A stretch of 64,000 nucleotides of DNA, taken from assembly GCF_009834535.1 (NCBI RefSeq), contig NC_045697.1, positions 85,934,001-85,998,000 on the forward strand. Reading direction: 5' to 3'. The position numbers and the translations under genes are program-made. Source of the DNA: Camelus ferus (taxonomy: Eukaryota). The notes under the pieces were generated by a model, which had not been told where the DNA came from, made no database searches, and was given only the letters and a program-made list of their open reading frames with translations. Below, piece after piece: positions 27,801 to 37,578 of this stretch (position 1 is the stretch's first letter; each line of letters starts with the position of its first letter).

Positions 27801-30800
27801 CAGAAGGCAGAGGCTATTGGTTAGGAGGCTGTGAACAGGGGATGATCTATGTAGGCAAAGAGTGAGGGCCAGGACTGGAAAGATGGCTGGGGACAAATTA
27901 GGAAGAGCTTTAAACTACAGAACAAGATTCAGGCTCTATCAAGTTGATCATGGGGAGCTATTGATGGCTTCTGGGCCAGTGGAGAGATGATGAAAATGGT
28001 ACCTGAAGAGTACAGCGGCAAAGGTTACAGTAGCGTTTCCTAGCTCTTTCATTGTTGCCCACACAACACACGGGCTTTCAAAGACATTTTTCCCTAAGCA
28101 CCACCCCCATGAATTTTTAATACTACAGATATACTGTTTATCTGATTATGCATTGTATGTATGTATCTATGTTTTATACATTAAAAGAGTGAATTCTTTT
28201 CAGCCCCCAAGAAATCAACATTTACCCTCTTAGGGGTGATATTACCCTTATTGAGAATATTAGGTTATAGGATGTGTAGAACTGGAGGGTGGTATATCAA
28301 CAGATGGACACACGAAGTATTTCTGTTTTCCTTGTAGCAATCCAAGCAGGCAAGGAGAGGAGAAGCTGGGGCCTGATGACAGAAAACGTGCTAGGTCAGA
28401 GTGCAGTTTGGAGGCAGACTGAAGGAACAGCAACCAGGAGAACAAGGAAGTGCTCAAAGAGGTGGCTGCCTCAGGGGAGACGTGGCAGCAGTTTGCAACT
28501 GGATTCTCAGGAGAAGGCGGGAGGCCCAATCAGGCAGATGGCACACGGGACTAGGGAACCCGGGCACGCCAGCTGGGATCACCCTGAGCTGCGCTACCCG
28601 GTGTCTGACTCACAAGACTGCCCGCAGGCAGGAGCAGAGGCTGACCCAGACAAAGCTGCTAGAAAGGAAGCAGAAGTGAAATCTGGGAGTCTGGGGCCTA
28701 AGAGGCAGAAGCCCTGTCTTCAGGACAAATCTGGGACCCAGAGAGCAGCAGTTGGACTCCCGTCCACAGCCCAGCAGGGCAACTGGTGACCATCCTCCAT
28801 GAGGGAGGAATGGAGGTAGTGCAGACGCTGTCTTCTTTATGTCAACCTGACTGGCCAGGGTCAAGCTTCCAGAAAAGAGACACAGGGGTGGTACAAAGGG
28901 AACTAGGGAGAGCAAGGGCACAGAGATGGACAGGACCCGGACCAGCAGAAGGGCTCTGAACAGCAGGGCACTTAAGAAGTCCTCTCAGGACATCGGGTTC
29001 AAGGTGGCGGCGGTCTGAGCAGTTATGAACCCCAGACTCTGAAAGGGAGCATCAAGGAATTAAAAATCTCACAATAAAGAGAATGGGAGGGAAGCCATCA
29101 GCACAAGAGAGATGTCATCAAATGTCTGGGAAATAGAAGAAGGGAAGGAGAAGAGGTGTCTGATAAAGCCCTAACCAAAAATATATAGAAAAGAGGCTGC
29201 AGATGAAGAGAAAAGCAATCTGTCCCATAGCACCCCCAGAAGGCTTGTGACTCACGGATATCTAGTGATAGCTAGAAGCCTGGAGAACGGCCTGCAGGAC
29301 CTAAAAGCAGGAGAACTTAACATTTGTCTGTGGAACAAAGCACATCCACATACAATACCCTGGAGCTTAGAGCCTCACTCACCAATACCCCATCCCTTCC
29401 TCCAGGCACAGAAAAAAGGAAGGAAAGAAGGAATAGAAGGAAGGAGAGAGGGAGCGAGGGAGGGAGGGAGCGAGGGAGAGTGGAAAAGGAGGGAAGGCGA
29501 AAAGAGAAAAGTCCTTTTTTAAAACATTGAGAGGCACGTATAAGGAGAAGCAGGTCAGTTGGTGAGTACGGCCACCCTCAGAGCTAAGCCACCCCCATGC
29601 TGGTATTCAGAGGTGTCCCGTGTGTAGCCAGCCTAGAGAGAGAGATCAGTCTAACCAAAGGGTGGCAGCTCCAGGAAAGAAATACCAGGAGGAAAAATGT
29701 GGGGACAGTTCCATAGACTTCCCACGACACTTGGATATTACAGGCACTAAGAAGCCATAAAGGCAGATATCTTGAGGCTAGGAGATATAAGTACACAAGG
29801 AGAGAAATAAACTCATAGAACAGAGTTAGGTTAGCTATTTGTCAATATTCTTAACTTTTCTATTTCAAATTGAAGACTCAATATACTGACAAAAGACTTC
29901 ATAGGGATCATAGAGCAGAATGTATAGAGGGTTAACACAGACCATTTAAAAAGCAAAATTACAGTTGACAAGAATTGGGAGATGAAAAGGGGAGAGATGA
30001 GGGTAGAGTCTCTGGTACCCTAATCTCCCTTAGTGAGGGGTCTAGAGATTCTTCCCGTTGTTGTTGGAAGAAGAAATGAAAATGTAAATATATTGTTTAA
30101 AATTACATGGGTAACCATGAGAGGAACTCAGAAGAGCACCGTAAGGATGCTGAGAGGAGGGGGAGGATAAAAGGAAAGTGGGATAAAGGAGCTTCACTGC
30201 CATCTGTCATAGCAGGGAACCAACAGAAAATCTCGAAGTGAATAACTAGGGAAATAGTAGGATATATAGTAGCACATTTTATACACACACACATATCTCA
30301 GAAATACGGATGAAACTTCCTGGAAAAAAGTTAAATGGAAAATGATGAAAATGTTTAAGGCTTTTGACACCCACCCCAAGGGGGAACAGCATGTTATATT
30401 TCCATGCTGTTCAACTTCTTAAACTGGGGTGTTTATTCCTTTGATAAAAGTGAAATTTTTCTTTAATAAAAAGAAGCCATTCGTGTAGTCCAAATAAAGT
30501 AATTAATTCCAGAAATAGCATAGTAGCGGGAACAGAAAGGAGGGGCAGATGTGATAGACATAATGAAGAACTGTCTGGATGTGATAATTTGTTTAACATG
30601 AAGGACAAAGAAAGGGAGGATACGAAAATATTCCCAAAGTTTGGGGACTGAATAATTAGAAGAATTTTAGAGCCACCATCAAAAACAGGGAATTCGGGAG
30701 GGCAGACTCATCTGTGGAATCTGTGATGAATGTCGTTTTAGACATTGGTGTAGAAGGGACAACGGTTTTTAAAAGTGAATTTAACTGTTTAAAATATTCC

Positions 30801-31621
30801 TTTATTTCAAATATCAAAACCCAGAGGACAAATTCATTCTGCAGGTTTTGGAGTTTTTTGTTATTCTTTTTCTTCTTCTCTATGTGCACCTCTGGCTGTG
30901 TCTTTTAACTGTTGTCAGGTTGAAAAATGGAGACAAATGTGCGTCATCCATAGAAAATATCCAAAGACTCTACAGGGGAAGGAGACACGCTCAGTGCTCC
31001 ACTGAAGGGTGGGGAGCAGGCGGGAAGGTGGGAATTCATTAACTACCAAAGACCACAGGGGAAAGGAGGAACCAGTGCTTTAGAAAACAGCTTTGAACGT
31101 TCTACAACAGGCAAAACAGGATGATTCTAAGCTACTGACAGTTGAGTAACCAAGCAGAGGGTTAACGTTTAGATTCAGTTTTGTCTGAGTGTTCGGGTGA
31201 GGAAGACTGCGGAGGAATACTCTCTGAAGCTGAAAAATCAGAAAGTGCAGCGTAAACAGAAAACAGAAGTGAAGTTCAACTGTGAAGGAAGTAAGTTTAC
31301 GCCAACAGCACCACCCCCTGGGCACAAGGCAGACTGCCACAGACTTGGCAGGAGAGTCTTAAGCGAATGTGTGAGCGTGCACGTGTGCACACGCGCGCGC
31401 ACACACGTTCAAGAGAGAAAAACATCCCCAGAGGGTTCTGATCACTAACATTAAGTATAAGTACCAAATCAAGTAATAAAATGTCTTTCCCCATTTATGT
31501 CAGCTAAACTAAGAGTATATAATTTGGAAATTGCACTTAAACCTAGGATGTAGAACATCACTCCTACCCTAACAAAGAGAAAATACTGTGTATATTACAA
31601 AACCATTTTTTGGAGACCACC

Positions 31622-32095
31622 TGTGGGAGACAGAAAAATACCCCTGCTCCCACCAAAAAAAGAAAGAGAGAGAGATGTCCATGTCAATCTCTAGAATCTG
31701 TGAGTATGTGACGTCATATGGCACAAAGGTATTTGCAGAAGTAATCTTGAGATGGGAAAAGTACCTGGATTACCCAGGTAGGCCCAGTGTATATAACACA
31801 GGTCCTTAAAAAGGGAAAGAGTTAGAGTCAGAGAAGGAGATGTGAGGTCAGAAAGAAGAAATTGGAGTGCATTGATTATTGGCTTCAAAGACAGAGGAAG
31901 GGCCCAAAAGCTAAGAAATGCAGGTCTCCTCTAGACGCTGAGATAGACAAGGAGATGGAATCTCCCATAGAGCTTCCTGAAGGGAACCCAGTCCTGCCAA
32001 CACCTTTATTTCAGCCCAGTGAGGCTGATTTTAGACTTCTGACCTCTAGAACTGTAAGATAATAATTCGGGTTATTTTAAGGCATTAAGTGTTTG
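31622..32095 (+). mobile_element. MLT1 (MaLR) solo LTR, MLT1C/D-like
   Basis: tgtgggagacagaa..gaatctgtgagtatgtgac..ctggattacccaggtaggccc..gacttctgacctctagaactgtaagataat. Confidence 0.8.
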
Positions 32096-32149
32096 ATAAA
32101 TACATATACTGATGTCTGTATATTAAAAATCAGATAGACAGACAGACAG

Positions 32150-32553
32150 ACATTTGAATTTACAGTTTAATACCTTCCCCAAAAAAGTTTCATGACAGGC
32201 TTCATTGGCAAATCTACCAAATATATAAGGAAAATTTTCACACCAACTCTATATAAACTTGCACAGGATAGAATAGAAATACTTCTCAACTCATTTCATG
32301 AGGGCAGCATTACTCTGATACCAAAACTAGACAAAAAACATTTCAAGAAAAGAAAACTACAGGCCAATATCCCTCATGAACATGAGGGAAGCAAAAATCC
32401 TCAAAAATATATTAGCAAAACAAATCCAGCAACATATAAAAATGATAAAGCATTATGACAAAGTGCAGTTCATCCTGGGAATGCAAAATTGTTCAATATT
32501 CAAAAATCAATTGATATAATTCACCTTATCCATAGAAAAGGAAGAAAAACCAA
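32150..32553 (+). mobile_element. LINE-1 ORF2 (RT N-terminal) fragment
   Basis: ORF 32192..32458 contains [19 protein letters not shown] motif aactacaggccaatatccctcatgaacat. Confidence 0.85.
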
Positions 32554-35500
32554 GAGTCTGGTTCAAGCTAGCAACATAGGAGGATCTTGAAGTCGCCTCC
32601 TCTCACAGGCACACCAAATCTATAGCCATGTAGGAAGCAATTTCTTCTGGGGGAAAAACTCACCTCTCTCAGTGACTCCCACTTATCAGACAAATGAGGA
32701 AAAAACCCACACTGAAGCAGATAGGAGAGGCTGAGACACAATCTCACCACAAACCCCACCCCAGGCGCGACAACCCACAATCGTGCAGGAAAATACAATT
32801 CCAGAGCTTCTCCCTGAGCAGCTAAAGGCTTGAGGCACCCCAGCATCAGGTACCCCAATTTTAACACCTACACCCGACAAGCCCCCCAGGTAGCTAGCTT
32901 TGAAAACTATCAGGACTCACATCCATGAGACCCACCCACAAGGCTATAGCAAACTGAACAACAGTTCTGAAAAGGTTGGCATAGACTCACCCACCCAAGG
33001 CCAGGGTGGAGGCAGCTAACTGAAAAGCAACCAGATTTCTGTGAAAGAGGCTTATGTGAGTGTCTTTAAGTGTCAGCCTGAGGGGCAAGCCTCTACTTTA
33101 ACGCACATCTAACGGCCCCCTGCAATATTCTCCGGAGATGGAGGCCAGCAGGTGCCATGTCGCACCGTCCCTCTGCCTCGCTCCAGGCCACTGGTGTCTC
33201 TGGAGAGGAGCTTAGACACCATCTGGTGCCTCAATTCTGCAGCTGCCGCCCAGATGTGTCTACATCTCTAGTGGCCAGTGTGGCTCACACTCACAGGTCC
33301 CACGGAACTGTAACAGATGGAGAAAAGGTTCTTACCTGGCTGCTGCCCCCAGGGCACAGCAGAGATGCAAAGACTGAGGCGCCCAGTCTCTGTGAAAGAG
33401 GTTGATTGTTTATCTTCATAGCTGCATCCTAAGGGGCAGACTTCTAACTAAACACACACCTAAGGGCTGACTGTAAATCTCTCTGGAGACCTTGGAGGGC
33501 GGGCACTGTCTTCGCACTGTCCCGCTGCCACGCTCCAGGTTACCTGCATGTCCTGTAAGGGAGCATGTGCGTATATCTGGTATCCTGGGTTTTGTGGCTG
33601 CTGCCCCGGGGACACCCTTTGATCACCCAGCTCTGGTGGCCATCATGGCTTGTACGTGTGGGGCTGTAACAAATGGAGAGACAGTTCTTGGTGGGCTGCC
33701 CCCACCAGGCACTGCACAGACAGCAGACAAAAACACACCCCCAGCCTTTCTGTGAAAAGAGGCCTGTTTGCTTGTCTTGGCACCTCGGCCTGCGGGCTAG
33801 GCTTCCGGCCTGGCACACTTACAGGGACCTACAGAAGTGCTCGCCAGGGATGGCTGCAAGTGGGCACCATCTTTGTACGCTCTCTGCCTCACTCGTCTCC
33901 AGTGTCTCCCAGGGAGCTTGTGCACGGTGCAACAACGTTCGCAGCTGCTGCTCAGGTGACACTTCTCGGTCACCTGTCTCTGGTGGCCAGCAGCGCTCGC
34001 ACTGATATGTCCCACAGGACTGTTACAAAGACATTATCCTTAACCGGCTACCCCCACTCACAGCACAGCATGAGACAGCAGCCTGAAAGGAAGAAGTAAA
34101 ACTGTCATTATTTGCAGATGACATGATATTAAAAAGAAAACCCGTAAGTCTCCACCAAAAAAAAAAAAAGGCTAAAACTAATAAATGAATTCAGTAAAGC
34201 TGCAAGATAAAAAATCAATACACAAAAACCTGCAGCATTTCCATACACCTACAGTGAACTATCAGAAAGAGAAATGAAGAAAACAATTCCATTTACAATT
34301 GCATCAAAAAGAATAAAATACTTAGGAATAAATTTAACCAAGTAGATAAAAAAATCCTGTACACTGAAAACTACAAGACACTGCTGAAAGAAATTCAAGC
34401 AGACACAAATAAATGAAAAGATACTCCATGTTTATACACTGGAATAATATTGTTAAAATGTCCCAAAGCAACCTACAGATTCAATGCAATCCCTATCAAA
34501 ATTCCAATGGCATTTTTTACTGAAACAGAACAAACAATTCTAAAATTTGTATGGAGCCACAGAAGACCCCAACAAAGCTGAAGGCATCATACTCCCTGAT
34601 TTCAAACTATATCACAAAGTTATAGTAACCAAAACAGTAGTATGTTATTGGGCTAAAAATAAACACATAGATCATCGTAACAGAGAGCCCAAAAATAAAC
34701 CCATGCATATACAGTCAATTTTCGTCAGAAGAACCAAGAATATACAACAAGGAAAGAACGGTCTGTCCAGTAAATGGTTCTGGAGAAACTGGACAGCCAT
34801 ATACAAAAGAAACTGGACCACTAACCTACACCATACACAAAAACTAACTCATAATGGATTAAAGATTTAAACGTAAGACCTGAAACCACAAAAACCCTAG
34901 AAGAAAACATAGGTGACAAGCTCCTTGACATCAAACTTGGTGATTTTTTTTTGGATTTGACACCAAAAGCAAAGGTAACAGAAGTAAATATAAACAAGTA
35001 GAACTGCATCAAGCTGAAAAGCTGCTGCACAGCAAAGGAAACCAACAAAATAGAAAGGAAACCTACAGAATGGGAGAGAACATTTGCAAATCAGATGTCT
35101 GTTAAGGGGTTAACACCAAAACACATAAAGAACTCAACCCAATAGCAACAAAAATAATCCAATTAAAAAGTGGGCAGAGGATCTGAACAGACATTTTTCC
35201 AAAGGAGACATACAGATGGCCAACAGGTACATCATAAAGTACTCAGCATCACTAATCAGGGAAATGCAAATCAAAACCACAATGAGGTATCATCTCACAC
35301 CTGTTAGAATGGCTATTATGAAAAAGAAAAAAACAAGCGTTGGTAAGAATATAGAGAAAAGGGAACTCTTCTACACAGTTGGTGGAAATGTAAATTGATG
35401 CAACCCCTATGGAAACAGCATGGAGGCTCTTCAAAAAATTAAAAACATGTATTCATCTTCGTATTTTTTCACCATGAGCTACAAGTCTTGACTACATTCA

Positions 35501-36330
35501 TGTATGACTGAAAAATTGTGCTGTACACCAGAAATTGACACAACATTGTAAACTGACTATAACTCAATAAAAAAAATTAAAAACAGAACTATCACATGAT
35601 TCGGCAATCCCACTTCTGGGTATTTATGCAAAGAGAATGAAAACATTAACACAAAAAGATATAGGCACCCCCACATTCACTGCAAAATTATTTACAATAG
35701 TCAAGATATGGAAGCAACCTAAGTATCTATCAACAAATGAATGGATAAAGTAACGTGAGACAGATACACACACACTGATATCATTCAACCATAAAAAAGA
35801 TGGAAATCTTGCCATTTAGGAGAACGTGAATGGACACTGAGAACATTATACTCAGTGAAGTAACAAGAAGATAAGTACTGTACAATCTCATTCATATGTA
35901 CAATCTAAAAAACAAAAACTTACAGTAAAAGAGATCAGATTTGTGGTTCCCAGAGGCAGACAGTAGGGAGTGGGGAATTGAAGGAAGGTGGTCAAAAGGT
36001 ACAAACTTTCAGTTTAAGATAAGTAAGTCATGGGGATGTAATGTTCAACATGATGACTATAGTTAATACTGCTGCTGACCATATACTTCAATAAAAATAT
36101 ATTTTAAAAAATACTGCTATATGGCATATTTGAAAGTTGCTAAGAGTAAATCCTAAGAGTTCTTATCACAGGGAGAAACATTTTTTCCTTTTTTTTTTTT
36201 AAATCTGTATGAGATAATGGATGTTAACTGAACTATTTGTGATAATCATTTCTCAATACATAGAAGTCAAGTCATTATGCTGTACACCTTAAACATGTGT
36301 TGTATGTCAACTGTATCTCAATAAAACTGG
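32554..36330 (+). mobile_element. Internally deleted LINE-1: tandem-repeat 5' UTR (32554-34084) joined to ORF2 RT/C-terminus and 3' UTR (34085-36330)
   Basis: L1-like 5' start, ~355-bp subrepeats, then an abrupt switch to gaaaggaagaagtaaaactgtcattatttgcagatgac (FADD). ORF2 remnants at 34547..34870 and 35216..35398; 3' end tgtcaactgtatctcaataaaactgg. Confidence 0.8.
35448..35570 (+). mobile_element. Tiny 5'-inverted camelid L1 3'-end insertion
   Basis: Perfect TSD aaaaaattaaaaaca (35433-35447 / 35571-35585); both parts match the 3' UTR of the L1 at ~1965-2097. Confidence 0.85.
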
Positions 36331-37059
36331 GAAGGCGGGGGAGTAGAGACAACTGATTGTCAACTTGGCTCTGCATCAGAATCCCCTATGAAGCTTCTGA
36401 AAAAAAATCCAATGTGATACGTATACACACATAATTTTTAAGGCTCTCATGGTTATTCTGATGACCAGCCAAGCTTGTGAAAAAAATAGTATCACTATTT
36501 AAGTTTTCAACAGGAGAGTAGTCCATTTATTTAAAATGTCTTATTAACAACAATCATTTCCTTAAAAAAACAAAACAAACAAAATGCATCTCTAAGGGAG
36601 TAAGTGAAATTGACACCAACCGAAGCAGTTTGAAAACAAAATTGAAAGGTAAATATTAGAAGAGAGAAAGAAACTCTCTTTTTGTCTCCCTACTGTCTGC
36701 TTTTTTATCTCAAAGAAGGTGAAAACAAGAAAAACAAGTTAATAAAAGTAGAGTCAAAAGTAGCACTCTGAATTTTCAGGTTAAGTTTAAAATCAGTTTT
36801 CTACTAAGCAACTAGCATAAACCCTGCTTTAATTGATGTCCATGTAAACATGCTACCAATAATCAGAGACCCCCTTCAACCTCTCCCTCATTCCACACTG
36901 CAGAAGAAATTCATTTTTCCGTACTATATTTCAAGCTTTTCACCCAAAAGCCAACTATAAATTCATCTGTTAACTGACACCACTGTCAGTTGACTAGCTT
37001 GAAAAAAGACATCATTGTCAAACAGGTAAATTAAGTAAATTTTCTCAACACACCCACAC

Positions 37060-37515
37060 ATAATTAAGAGGAAGGAAATGTTTATTATTCATTAATCTTT
37101 TGAATGCAACCATCATAATTTTTCAGGTTTAATTTAGTAGCAAACTTGATTAATAACACTTCCAGGAGTTCACAATTCCAAGGCTAAGGTTCTGATTAAG
37201 GTAATACGGTTATCAGTTTAATATAAATGAAGCTTTAAAAAAAAAAAAGCTACAAGCAGTCGGATCTCTTAAAGGAAAATATGAAAGATCCAGACTTTGG
37301 TCTCAGTAACATAAGTACACTTCAGTACTACAACAGTCAAAGAGAAAGATCTTAATGGAAGATCAGAAAGGAGCACCACTACTCTCTTCTACAGCATACA
37401 CGTTTGGTCAGAGCATGCTAGGACGAATAAGGCAACGCGCCAAGCGCTAGCGGATGAGAAGCGCAGCGAGATGTGCTGAAGGACAGCAGGCCGGGCCAGG
37501 GCCCCCCGGCGCTCA
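37060..37515 (-). other. ANXA5: ANXA5 3' UTR (~450 nt; cleavage site approximate)
   Basis: Runs from the stop codon to just past an AATAAA hexamer; resembles the human ANXA5 3' UTR as recalled (e.g. CATTCAAAAGATTAATGA..AATAAACATTT). Confidence 0.8.
37081..37086 (-). terminator. ANXA5 polyadenylation signal AATAAA
   Basis: TTTATT on the + strand, with a GU-rich tract (TATGTGTGGGTGTGTTG) downstream on the minus strand. Confidence 0.85.
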
Positions 37516-37578
37516 TCAGTCATCTTCACCTCCACACAGCAACAGGAGGGCTTTCTTGTAGTCCCCAGATGTATCACC
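37516..37578 (-). CDS. ANXA5: ANXA5 exon 13 coding part ([20 protein letters not shown])
   Basis: TAG acceptor at 37579-37581; TGA stop at 37516-37518, followed immediately by a second TGA. Confidence 0.97.
   Translation of the reverse strand, partial: GDTSGDYKKALLLLCGGEDD

Noticed and set aside
28289..28789. Longest ORF in the track (166 aa) and overlapping ORFs
   Set aside because: No recognisable domain or convincing exon structure. It uses a non-ATG start in a GC-richer stretch where ORFs occur by chance on both strands.
33157..34099. Cluster of 70-150 aa ORFs on both strands
   Set aside because: They lie in the GC-rich L1 5' UTR repeats and show no protein-family features.
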